NCBI GenBank assembly: GCA_001687465.1
Contig: LVLI01000328.1
Location: 1-64,000 of the forward strand
Origin: Halocafeteria seosinensis
Taxonomy: Eukaryota
Direction of reading: 5' to 3'
DNA: 64,000 bases
The notes beneath the pieces are model-generated. The model ran no database searches, had not been told where the DNA came from, and worked only from the letters and a program-made list of their open reading frames with translations. Position 1 is the first letter of the stretch. Every line of letters starts with the position of its first letter. Below, piece after piece: positions 36,201 through 48,494 of the stretch. The position numbers and the translations under genes were made by a program.

Positions 36201-39200
36201 GACGAAAAATCTCACTTCGGTGGCCTCATACAGCTTTTGTTGGTATTGTGGGCCTAGGAATGCCGCCAGTGTCATTTTATTAGTGTCCACACTCGAGTAG
36301 TCCACAGGTATCAACGGAGCGCATTCGAAGCCATCACAAGCCACTCTCCTATAGTTTTCGTCTGCTGTGAGATTGTACAAGGCTCCAGTTCTCGTCACCA
36401 GAGCAGGACCAAAACTGTAAACATCGTTGTTAGGAAGGTAGTATGGGATAAGCCTGCCCTCGTAGGTATTTGGCGAAGCACCGTTAGGATCATAGGCGTA
36501 GCAATTCGGAACAACTTTCAGGACCGGTTTGTCATGAATGGTTTTCAGAACGAAATAATGACAAGAAGTATACGGGTCGACGGTAGACTGAAAATCGGGG
36601 TACGGATAGAAGACAATAAATTCTGCCTCACTAGTATTGCTTCTTACCGCAGTGAGATGGGCATTATCGGGCGGAAATCCCCCGTATACCATTATTCCTG
36701 GCAACGCCTTGACACTTGTGTTTCCTTCACGATCGATTACATGCAAACTTCCATTTTTCCTCTCGTCGCCAAGGCAAAAGTAAAAATAGTTTTCATCGAA
36801 GACTGCTAGCCTGATGAAGCTGCAGTCAGTATCACCAGAAAAAGTATGGTTTTTGTCAATTCTGCTTTGCCACCCCACACCGTCGACATAGTGTAGCACC
36901 CTGGGTTGTCTTCCCCGCTGGTAGTCCTGTACTAGCGATTGCCGCTCGGAATCAAACGTAAGCTCACTGGGGGGACGAAAGATACAGTCCCTAGTCGCGG
37001 AAAAAGTTGTAGCCAAAGACCCATTTTGCACAAGGTGTATCAGACACAAACCCTTAACAGCATCACATGGTTCAGTTATAGCATCATAAAAATGAACATA
37101 AACCTGCAACAAGGCTCGGTCAACGCCAAAGCGGAATGCGGCAAGTGTGCAGATCTGGTTGCAGCTGAAGCACTTCCGAAGGTTAGCCATAGCGTCGTCC
37201 GTATCGTAGCATCTCTCTTCTCCGCACGAGTGCTGGCGGATGTCCGTAAACCTTGCAACTATATTTGAGGACGATTTGTGGGAAGTCGCTAAACGCCTCT
37301 CCTCAAATGACGGTAAGCCAAGAGTGGCATGGAGCAGCGCACACTCGTGAGCAGTGTCGTGGCAGGCCATTGAAAAGTATTCAAGCTGGTTTGAGAATCC
37401 ATTCGATGGCATCATCAAAATTGCAGAAGTTGCATTGGGTGTCAGATAGAATTCCGGGCCTTGGCCGGATGCGTCCCGGGTTGTAAGGGATCTTGCATAT
37501 AACGGTACCAGCCTAGCGAATTCAGAGACCTTCGGTATTTCCCATGAAAGCGTCGTTCGGCCAAGTATAGCTATAGCCTCTCCTTGGTTGCTACCACCAG
37601 GACACAGGTATATACTATCAGTCGTCTCGTCGGGCCCCATGGTAACCAAAGCTGGATTCTTCTCTATACTATAGCTGCCTGAAGGTTTGTAGACACATCC
37701 AACTGGGCTCTTACAAGTCATTGTCGCTTTGGTACAGGTTCCAGCTTCCATTGTTTCGATCTTTGTGGTGAAAGAAGATGTTGTCTGATATTCCCGTATT
37801 TCATATACCGTAAACAAAGCAACAGCCACTAGTACCAATACCTGCGTACACAAATAAACTATCGAATTGATAGGAGGTGCGGGCTGCTAATAATTGCGCT
37901 CATGTACACCTACCGTCGCTAACAGCCCACTTCGGGTAGGAGGGCGGTATAAAGGTTTATATTGAAACAAATCGGTAACTACAATGATTTTCTGCAAGGG
38001 CCCACCGTTAGTCCGAATTATGTCTTCTTCCTTCCATACGTCCCTTCCTAGAGTGCCTCTGCGTGGATCGCTTCCTCTCTCAGCTTCGTACAAGCATGGG
38101 CTAATATCGGGCACCGTTGTCTCTTTGGATTTTGTGACCGGCTCTGTAACTTCCGTAAGCGGATTTCGAGTCAGTGACGCTCTCGGCGTTTCTCGCTTAC
38201 CCTTCACAAAACAGGCACAAAACACAAGAAAAACTACGGGAACAAAGAATCCCGTCAATACGAAAATCTGGCGGAACACGCCATAAGCGTTGGAAGGTAT
38301 ATCACTCCAGGAAAGGACTCTGCGTTCACTGTATACAATCTTCAAGGCGGGATACAAGTTGATATAATGGAGGAATCCCAGGGTGTGTGGTTTATCCACG
38401 CTTTCCTCTGACGAAGGACCCAAATAGGACACTTGACGAAACCTTGTAGATTGCTCATTGGACAAGGAGTAATGCTCTTCCACAAAACCCGTAATGTAGC
38501 TGCTGCTTGTATTTGCAAGTGACATGCTGCCAAAAGTTTCCAATGTCGCGGTGGCCCCGTCCGAGCAAGGAGCCAAAACTGTTGATTTCCCCAAGCTTCC
38601 AAAGACCTGGTACACAGAAAAATAGACATTTCTGCCTCCTAAAGGCTGGGCAGTCATTTTAGGCATACTTGCTAGTGCCAACACGTTCGTTCTGCCCACT
38701 TGGAAATCCGCAGGAAGATAGGGAGCGCAGCTGCCTTCGACACATACATGTGAGCGCATTGACTCCTCTGCATTCGGGATCGATACAGTACCGTCACCAA
38801 AAATGACTGCAGGCCCATATAAGTAAGCTTCCAAACTACCCAAAAAATACGGCGTTACCGGTCCTTGATAAAAGTACATGCCATTGGCATGGCCAATACA
38901 GTGGGGTATTTCGATCGTTGTGGGAGTCTCCGTCTCTGCTTTCCAGGAGAAACAATACCAGGCTCCGTCCATGTCAGAGTTGATGTCGGAGTACGGATAA
39001 AATATGAATATACCATTTTCGCTGAATAGGTCGCGCCTTACATCCAAAGTCCCGTCGGATGACAGTCCCGTTCCTGGCGTGCTTAGTGCAATACGGTTTG
39101 TCAGATTTCCCGTTCCGTCGAACACCTCCAGAGACATAGTTCCCGTGAACTCTTCTTGACATATGAGAAAAATCCTTCCTTCGAATGTCCCAAGCTTCCT

Positions 39201-40463
39201 ACTGCTGCTATCTCTTGTACAATCAGAAGTTGGAAATGGTTGTTGATTCACCGTCCATCCAGAAAGTTTGCTGAACCTGTGATAGAACAATGCCGAGTTC
39301 CCTCCCCATACCGTGAACGTACTAGAAGTGACATCGAAGCTGAAATGAGTCTGAGAAGGATATTCTGAGAAGAATTCTGTGCACTCAAGTTCCAACAAGT
39401 GAGAGCCATTTGCAAGATCCATCGCGCACAAGGAAGAAAATCCATTGTCTACTCCCTCGAATAACAATACCGCGACATCATCATCCAATTGGTAAGTTTC
39501 CTTTATTTGGCACGACAATACGGACCCTTGGCTACACGGTGAGACTAAATTTTCGGGAAGGATGGTCGTCTTACGGGTCTTCGTTTCGGGAGCAGTACTA
39601 TTCTCGAATCCGGGAACACTGACTGTGTTATACACGACGACACAATTTCTGAGCCGATCTAGGTTATATACCTCACAAGAGGCAGTAATGTATCTCAATT
39701 CGTTCAGAGCAGAAGGCGGTAAGTATCCGATACGAGAACTTATACGACCATTCAATCCTTTCATACCACCGACGATAAAGTAGTTACGATGATCTTCGGT
39801 TTGTGTGTCCTCCCAGTGGAGAGTAGTGTGACTGGCCAAAACGAAGGCCTCTGACTGAATTCTACTTCCCGCACAAATACCAACATTCGTAGTCGTTATT
39901 CTGGGCTTGAGGTACCCCGCCCTTCCATTGTGTTCGGCCGTTAGATTTCCATGGGAGGTAAAAATGCATCCCATTGCGCAGTGGCACGTGATGCTAACAT
40001 TCTCGCATGCGCCTGGTGGCAATGTCTCCATTCTACTTTCAGATTGAATTGTAGAAAAATACTCCCACACTTGATATCCCCCGTAGGATGCCGCTGCCAA
40101 TAACACGAAAACCTGTGGACAATGCAGAGAACATGAACCAGGTGGGTCATATCTAATTGTTGCGTTCGAGGCACTTACAGTCGCTAGGATCCCACTCCTT
40201 GTTGGCGGGCGTTGAAATGGTGCGGCTTTTAGGACATCTCCTTTCCGCAACAGAGTGTTTTTCAAAGCCCCCGTGTCTTGTATGACGTCGTCTTTTACCC
40301 AATACTCTCGTCCAACAGGTACTTTGGAGTCAGATTGGCCATTCAAAGCTGTTCCCAGTGAGTAGATATTTCTCGCAATTGGCTTCTCGCGTTTTTCCGG
40401 TCCTTCAAACCCTCGTGACTCCGGTCTCCATGGCTTTTCCCTTCGCTCTGGTACATCAGACAT
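33255..40463 (-). CDS. About 2333-aa membrane protein of three tandem TM1-ectodomain-TM2 modules (six TM total); putative single-chain trimeric channel-like or receptor protein
   Basis: Exons 40463-40179, 40112-37914, 37841-35490 and 35420-33255 total 7002 nt. They are joined by phase-0 GT-AG introns 40113-40178, 37842-37913 and 35421-35489, each right after RPPTRSG(I/L)(L/C)A(T/S). The three modules share colinear motifs. Confidence 0.9.
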
Positions 40464-41673
40464 GATGACAGAGGAGGAAACAACCTTGCACAGTCACAAT
40501 ATACGCCTATCCAAAACTTTGAACAGCCGTATCTCCTACAATTCGGAGGGAAAACCTGGTACTTTAACCCGCTCGCGGGACATCAATCGCGGAAAATCCT
40601 GCAGGACGAAACCCCAAGGAATGATTGTCCTCTTCGAACCAGAGATCCTTATTACAGAAGCGCAGGAATCCTGGCCACACGTAGCTTACACGCGGCACCG
40701 CCGCTGAAGCAAGACGATCGCATTTTTTACCGAACCATGAAGGGAATGAGAGTGCTAGCCGTTCTTCCCTTGCACCGTTGACGAGTTCGCAGATTTTCTC
40801 GAGATCGGATTCCAGGAAGGAGACAGGACCAGTTGTTCTCTAGAGCAATATCTCCTCACATTTTAACCAATCCTCTAATGCGATTGGATCGCCATGAATG
40901 AACATAGAAAATGCGTAGCTGAAGGCAGTCATCGACCTCCTGCAGCAGCGGCGCTTGTCTCCAGAGTCTCGCTGGCGCTGGAGATCTCGCCGTCCACTTG
41001 GGACTCCTAATTGGGAAGACTTGGATTCTTGGCCATGTGATTTTGAAGTAGTTTACTACCCTCAACAACCTCTTAGATTGCTGCCTCTTGCATCGAAACG
41101 CTCCCTAGGTGCTTGGCCCTCCTGTTTTCCACTGATTCAATTCATTGGGGCCGCACTCTAGGATAGGCAGCAATCCGATCGGTCTGTAGTAAGGAGACTC
41201 ATGTTCCACACCTCGGAGACTGTCACCTGTTGCACAAAATCTTTTCGGCAGATATTCGGGTCTCATGGAGGGGTATAATCCAATCAACAACCGTGCTAAA
41301 TTGGGCTGTTGGTTGCATCGTAGAGATTGTTGACTCCGCTTGAAGGGTTGATTGACTCAAGATGCCAACTTGATGCAATCATATAGCCCGCACACTCTTA
41401 TACTAGGATCCAGAGCTCCCATGGAAACAAATACCTTGCTGAATTGCTTCCAGGGTTGAGCTACCAATCCGAATGGACTTTCGGCATTGACGCTTCCTTC
41501 CTGGAAGTCACCACAAGGCAATCATTTCGTCGCCTTTTACATGACGACATTTTCAGCAGTCCCTACGCCCTTCATCGGCGGACTTTAGCCGGGATTTGAG
41601 ATGTGAGATGAAGATGGAAATATTCTAGCGTTGTGGTGTTGGATAGAGTGATAGGAGCTAGAGAGAAGATATA

Positions 41674-43728
41674 ATGGCACGCAAAGAGCAAGCGAACGCC
41701 ACCAAAAACAAAGAGGCCGAGAAAGCTAAGAAGGCCAATGAGCCGAACAAGAGGCAGAGGCTAACTCCCAATGAATGTAAGTGATCGACTGTTCCAAAAT
41801 CAGAGGTTCCTTGCGAGAAATAGAAGATACACAGTTAGATGTGTCTTTGGGAATTGGAATTCAACCCTGAAGGGTGGGTGCTGATACCCCCGTATGCTTT
41901 TTGTGGTTTTCGTGGTCCCTCATCCCGCCCCTAGAAGGCCGGCCCCCATGCTTTTTGTCTTTTTGATGGACACATTATGTGTTTAATGATGGTATACAGG
42001 GTTGCATAGGAGCATAACGTTGATCCATAAGTCGGTCGTAGAGCGTGACAATCGAGGAATCTTGCGAGCTCTTCGTTATATGAGCCACATACGCACCTAT
42101 GTTGGGAGCGACAAATTGCTGGAAGTCGCCAAGAGCGTCATTGAGGATGGGAAAGCATTTAATGCTGTTCATGAGGTCTTTAGTGCAATTCAGGAGCACG
42201 AAAAGTCTCATGGGAAATACAACAAAGATTGGGAGATGCCGGAAGCTCTCCTGGAAGCGGTGAAGCGATATGAGGAAGGGGGCGAGGAGACGACGCAGCA
42301 GCAAGATGGTGACGTGGAAATGCAAGATGGTAGCGCTGCTTCGGCTTCGGTGTCGTCAAAGGATAAGAAAGGTCAAAAAAAGGCAGAACCCAAGGACAAG
42401 AGTGGCTCAAGTGAAGAGAAGAAAGGGGAAGAATCGGCTGCGAAAAAGAAGGAGCAAAAACCTCGCATCGCGTTGATCAAAACGCCCAAAACATACAGCC
42501 CAGCACAACCTGAAGTGGTTGCGTACTTCTTGACTCTCGGAAGCTCCATTTTGCTGTATCAACGCCAATTCGACAAGGTCTGGAATTTTACAGGAAAGAC
42601 CATTGAGTGGATCACCAGTATAAATCGTCGTTTGCTGGATATTTTCTCGGCAAAGAATTTTTCCCAGATGGCGTTCGTGGCTGAGCGTGAGGGTAAATTG
42701 GGAAGCCTTAAGGATTATTTTTTGAATGCGTATCGTACCGCCTGCCTCCGACATGATGAAATGGGACAGGCCACTCTATTGAATCTCTTGCTGCGAAACC
42801 TGTTGCAGCAACGTCTTTACGACCAAGCGCAAAAGCTGATCTCCCTCACGAATTTCCCCGAGCGGGTTTCAAATAATCAACAGGTTCGCTACTTGTTTTA
42901 CAAAGGGAAGGTACAAGCAGTTCACTTAGATTACACAGACGCATATCAGACTTTGCTTCAAGCGTTTAGGAAAGCACCCGCTACAACTGGTTTTGGCTTT
43001 AAGCTGCAAGTGCAGCATGTCCTAATTATTGTGCAACTGCTTCTTGGAGAAGTCCCAGAGAAGTCCTCATTCCACACAAAGAGGCCAAAAGAGAAACGGG
43101 GGTTAGAACCGTATTTCTTCCTTACCCAAGCTGTACGTATAGGAAACGTTACGGGGTATCGAAATACAGTTCAAAAATACGAAAAGCGCTTTATCGAGGA
43201 TGACACTCTCTCGTTGGTGCTAAGGCTCCGTCACAACGTTATTAAGACTGCGCTGAAGAGTATTGCGGCTTCTTATAGCAATATCAGCTTCGAAGATGTC
43301 GCCAGTAAACTTACTCTACAATCGGCAGATGATGCGGAATTCTTATGCGCGAAGGCGATTCGAGATGGAGTAATCGAGGGATCTTTGGACCATGAAACGC
43401 AGAGTCTGCGCAGTAAAGAAGTTGCCGACATCTACTGCACCTCTGAGCCGCAAGAAGCCTTTGATAAGCGCATTAAGTTCTGTTTGGAGATCCGAAATGA
43501 AGCTGTGAAGGCAATGCGTTATCCCGCCGAAGCCGTAAGTTTGTTTTAGTGCGTGATATGACACTACAGCTATTGACAACTTTGTATTTGTTTTATTTCT
43601 GTCCGCAGTACAAGAAGGAAATCGATGCTATGGAAAGCGCCAGAAGAGAAGCAGAAGAAGAAGAAGACGAAATTATGAAGGCGCTAGAAGACGAGGAAGA
43701 AGGCGATGACGAAGACGATGTTTTTTAG
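41674..43728 (+). CDS. PSMD3: 26S proteasome lid subunit Rpn3/PSMD3
   Basis: YRTACLRHDEMGQATLLNLLLRN, SNNQQVRYLFYKGK..LDY, VQLLLGEVPE, RLRHNVIKT, AKAIRDGVIEG, EPQEAFDKRIKFCL..AVKAMRYP. Introns at 41777-41999 and 43535-43608. Confidence 0.98.
41800..41940 (+). ncRNA. Candidate intronic two-hairpin RNA in PSMD3 intron 1
   Basis: 223-nt intron with stems AAGATAC/GTGTCTT and GGGTGGG/CCCGCCC, followed by AGA at 41933-41935. Confidence 0.35.
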
Positions 43729-43765
43729 TTGCTCTGCAGCGCCCTAGACTGTGGAATTACAGCGC

Positions 43766-45353
43766 TTACTCGCTGAGTGGTGATGACGCTGGGTGATCTC
43801 CTATTGTTTCTTCGTCGTTTACATCGCATTCCAAAGGATAGTCTGCACCGAAGCGCCGACGATTTTCTTCGTATATATCATGTAGTTGCTTTATGTACCT
43901 GTTTCATCGTGAACAGCAATGTTGTAGCAATAGGAAACATACAGTCTCCACTCAGACAAATATACGTACTTTGCGTGCCATTTATCAATTTCTTCTTTGG
44001 AAGGCTCCTCGATTTTCGGGATGTCGATGGGTGATCCAATAATAACGTTGAGCGGGTGCCTATGGGGCATAAATCCAAAGCTATACTGAAATATTCCCCT
44101 ACCGTATGCCAGCGGTACAGTAAAACCGAAAAGCTGGATCATTTTAGATTGTAGTTGTGCGAATATGCCGTCACCGTGCAGCTGTAACGCCCCCAATGAT
44201 TACTCTACCCTAGCGTACAAAATGCGGACCGGCAAAAAAATCACTACGTACCGTCCGAAACACATCATTTTCGCCGAAGGAAATTGCCGGGATTACGGAG
44301 GCGCCATGCCGCAAAGCCAGCCGAATGAACCCTTTCCTCGTATTCAGAGTGAGATTCATACTCTTAGGTTGCGCTTTCAAAGCCTCTCTAGCTCCTCCTG
44401 CAAAGAGTTTTGTCAGAATGAGCTGGGTTAACAATCCGACAGTGGATCGCCGTAGCGTCTTACCGACAACAACCGCAAAAGATTTGCCTCGACTCAGACA
44501 ATAGTCAGCCGACTCTCTGCTGGCATCTGCAAAATACACCCTTAGACGCGAATGCAGGAACAAGAGATTGGTGTCGTTTACGTTCCCGTTTTACCTATGA
44601 AGCCCACCGCCATTAGTAAGTCTCTCCATATAGGGACTAAGAAATTTGATGTTACAGTCATCAGCCGGAAGTCTAAGTTGAGCTTATCTCGCACGCTCGA
44701 GGGATCCATAGCAAACGTTGTCACGTGACTGATTCCCAAGATACTGCCTAAAGAGCAGAAGAACCAAAGTGCTTCACGGATGTGTTCAGACGAAAAGTAC
44801 CGGACTTACCCGTGGGGATGACATGCAATAATATGCGGCTTCTTCGGATCCGGTTTCTTTCCTGCAGTCATCATGCAAGACGTTGGATAGTGAACCACAG
44901 TGACCCCTCTAAACTCTCCGATTCCTACATACCGGCCATAAAAACCCTGGCGGGAAAATATTCGGCAAAGTATTTCCATAACGTCAATTTCTGCATCCAG
45001 CGAAACATTCGTCCGCCTCGCGAAGGAGTCTTGCGGTCAAAGGCTAGCATCCAACTCTGAAGACGCAACCACCAGTTATCGTTGTATCCGCATGCCACAT
45101 ATGGTCGTAATTGCTTCCTTACCAAGTACGCCAGAATAATGGTTCGAGCCCACGAGGGTCCAAACCACAGGACCACAAGATTCAGTGTGGTCAACGACGG
45201 GCCCAGGAGGATCGTAAACAACACAGCCGCCGTCTGTAGACGGCGCTTCAGGGGAATACCGAGAGGAGCAAACGTTATCCCACATATCGTAAAACCTTGC
45301 TTCGTATCGTCATCGTCGGAGGCTTTGACCTCCTCCATGCTGTTTTTCGACAT
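43766..45353 (-). CDS. DGAT2: Diacylglycerol acyltransferase type 2 (DGAT2/MOGAT family)
   Basis: FAPLGIPLKRRLQT, WKYFAEYFP, HPHG, GGAREAL, RKGFIRLALRHGASVIPAISFGENDVF, GRGIFQYSFGFMP..IGSPI; many short introns. The last exon ends ...SSPLSE* at 43766. Confidence 0.95.
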
Positions 45354-45483
45354 TTTTCACAACTTTTTCCCACAAGGTCAATACGTTCCGAAAATCATTA
45401 AATTTCACGTAAATACCTCTGACAACCCTGTATAGGGGGTGTAATATAACGAGAACGCCAATGAAACCAGCTCCTTCTCCCCC

Positions 45484-45494
45484 AAGTTGAAGTT
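45484..45494. promoter_or_regulatory. Recurrent 11-mer AAGTTGAAGTT in divergent DGAT2/TMEM245 intergenic region
   Basis: Near the centre of the 261-bp divergent intergenic region. Confidence 0.5.
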
Positions 45495-45614
45495 TTTGTG
45501 AAGATGGGTATGATCTTGTGTGGTAGTGGGTTATTTAATGCCATTTAGGCGAGTTTGAGTGACGTATATGTAGATTTAGATGGAGAGAAAGAGTGGAAGT
45601 ATGTCTGATACGGA

Positions 45615-48064
45615 ATGGGTACCAAGGGGAAACCAAGGGTACAGCCCCAAGAGGGCACAGAAGAGCATGAGCGTCCTCCGAAATCGGGCTTCGGCTCTAT
45701 CAACTACTATAAAGTCACGATAGCTGTAGCATTAGGAGTTCTATTCGCACAGTGCGTGTCTTTGCTCATCCAAGTACGTGTTGCTTCATTGATTCGCTCT
45801 GTCAGTGGTGTGGTTCTCGAGAGGACAAAGCTGGCGTCAACATGTGATTCTGATTGGATACAGGTTAATGTAGATGTTTTCAGACCTCATTTGAAGGTGG
45901 CCTTTACGGCTCTCTTACTATCACTACCGCTTCGCTCATGGAAGCGCTCACAGATGGAAGGACTTCAGACTAGCGACGGAGAACAAGGAGTCCTCAGAAT
46001 GATTCGGGCCCAGATTGGAGAAGCAATCAAGAATACATGTGCTCTAAGGCTGAGGACTTTATCTTCACTTTTACAGAAAATATTAGTATGCTACGCGAGC
46101 GCGGTTATTTTGTCCTTGTCAATCGGATGCTCGAGGACTGTGGCCTCAGTGGTCATGGTTCCACTGGTGCTTGTAAGAGACTTAATCGTGCTCCTGTTGT
46201 CACAGTCCAGTCTTTTCAGAAAGTTTTTTAGCCGGCATAAAACGATGTTTCTTACAATTAAATTACTTGGAGTGAGTTTTGCCTTCTGCATCATAGTTTT
46301 CCTGGTGATTCTCAACCTTGGCCAAGAGCTCCCACGAATAGCGTCTTCAACGGGGGCAGTCTTACACTCGTCATTAATAAGCGTCGGAATTGAGCACGAA
46401 ACGCTGGCGTATGCGGGCGCGGCTGTCGCTTCAAATATCTCAGCAGCAGCATGGGGTTGGTAAGTTTCTCTTGCAACTAACTCCTCTTGAAAGCTTGTGT
46501 GTAACATGGGGTGTTGCCAAGGTTTCAGGCTCTCCCACCTCGACCAAACGATAATTCAAGATCCACAGCTGCGTCACCACATATCGCCGGCGTTTGATGC
46601 GCTGAGGATGGCAACTTCAGCTGATGAACACTACTGCCTTGAGCATGCTGAACAGCTTGGGCTAATGCGTTCGAATTCTACGGCGGGAGAACAGGTGTGG
46701 TGTGAACGGTTTCTTCATCTGTATTGCAACTCCTCTGAGTTCCATAGTGAGAATTCCAGTATTTCTCAAAATGACAATATTTGCATAGAAGACGACGTAA
46801 CTGAGGGAATGAACTCGCCATCGCCCGAACCGTTTGTTTTGAGCGTGGTCTCGCGTTCACAACTCCTATATGGGGCATACGTGCTCAGCGGGCAATCTAG
46901 CTTCGTGGACGAGAAGCGCTGCGTACACGTTTACAACCAGTCTGAGGAAAATGCGGATCGCGAAACAGGTACCAATGGTTATTCTGTGCTACCAGCGTCC
47001 GCTACATTGCGGGAGTATATTTTCCCGAAAGATGCCAGAATTACTGAAGCATTTTCTAGTTTTAACTGGAACGAGACATGGGAAAAACTGAAGAAAGGAT
47101 ATCAGGTTGCATCAGAAATATCCATCGGAGGTTGGAAGTTGGAGCATGGTCTAAAAGCTTCAGCTTCAGTAATGAGAACCCTCTTGCTTCTCTGCTTCGA
47201 GATTCTTCGATTCTTGTGGTATCTCCTGACTGAATATGGAGCCACCGTTATCGTTTTCCTCTCTACTCTCCAGCACTTTGTGCTGATGGAAAGGTCGCCA
47301 CTGGACTCAAGTAAGTAATCACTGTAACATGGATAGTTAAAATCACTGAATATTCAACCGCCTCGTCGCAGTTGTGGACTACCTGCCAGTTCCTGAGAAG
47401 CGAAGGTGCGCCGTGCGCGACACCCTTCATGTCCAGGTGGCTACTTCTCTTCTACTACCGATTCGTCTAGGAATTGTTCATGCATTTGGAACTATTTTCC
47501 TTTTTAGTTTATTTGGTATCCCTTGCCCCTTTGTTGCGGGCATACTCGCCGGAATTATCCCATTCGTCCCGTCGGTACGTATGAGTGCATTCAGACTGGG
47601 GCCTGCCGCACTCGCTGACTATCGTCGTTTTGGTCCGTTTATTGCAGATCGACTCAACAGCTGTGCTTTTCCCATGGGTAATGGTACTGTTTCTCACTGA
47701 GGAATATATCTCATTCGCCGTGGTCCTGGCTCTCTTGATTCTTCGCACGCTGTATCTCGACGATGTGCTTCAAGAAGCGTTTTACGAGCAGACGGTGTCA
47801 GAGCAAACGGGAAGAACACAGGACGTAGGGCCCAAAGGGTCTACTCCATTGTTATACAAGTCATATGCACCACCTGAATTAATGTCTGTCATCGTGGGTT
47901 TAGGCTTCTACGAATTCGGCCTCAAAGGTCTTGTGCTAGGTCCACTCCTCGTGTCTGCAGTCTTTGTCCTGGGCGAGCTGCTGCAGGGGATTCACGAACA
48001 TGATAATGGAAATGACGAAACCGAAATACCAGGTGAAACGTCATCAAACAGGAATCGCACATAG
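45615..48064 (+). CDS. Multi-pass membrane protein, TMEM245/AI-2E-like
   Basis: Several TM segments; C-terminal HAFGTIFLFSLFG..AGILAGIIPFVP and GLGFYEFGLKGLVLGPLLVS resemble the AI-2E/TMEM245 signature. Three short introns join the ORFs. Confidence 0.65.
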
Positions 48065-48494
48065 AGTTACAACCAGCTCGGAACTTCTGAAACACCTCAA
48101 GTGGTTACCAGTTAACTTACAAACACCTGAGGATCTTGTATCTATCCATGCCCACCACCACCTTTGCACTGTTTAAAGTGCGACCAACCCAACAAACTCA
48201 AAAACTGAATCTTTGTAGCCACCGTTGCCCTGTAGTGTGTGTTTCCTACATACATCAAAGTTGAACATTTTGCTGCTTGTGAAGTTGCGAGCTCTCGCTC
48301 TTGCCCGAGTCAATTGGATTTAGTGTCTTGTCTTGGTATGAATGTCTTGTATATTGTGTACGTGTGTTTGTACGAATATACCATAGTGTCAGTATCGTGT
48401 ATTTGATGCTGAATGGCCTGGAAACAGCCAAGTTGAACCTGAGGTAGAATTTTCTCGCACGGGTTTGTGGGGTCTATACTAGAGGTGAATTGCA

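Noticed and set aside
33255..40463. Three separate tandem paralogous genes, as the ORF track suggests
   Set aside because: No stop codon separates TM2 of one module from the N-terminal motif of the next. The gaps are canonical in-phase introns at a homologous position.
41810..41851. Sense-strand resemblance of CCTTGCGAGAAATAGAAG...GTCTTTGGG to an 18S rRNA segment
   Set aside because: The match is short, gapped and recalled from memory, so it is not support for an rRNA fragment.
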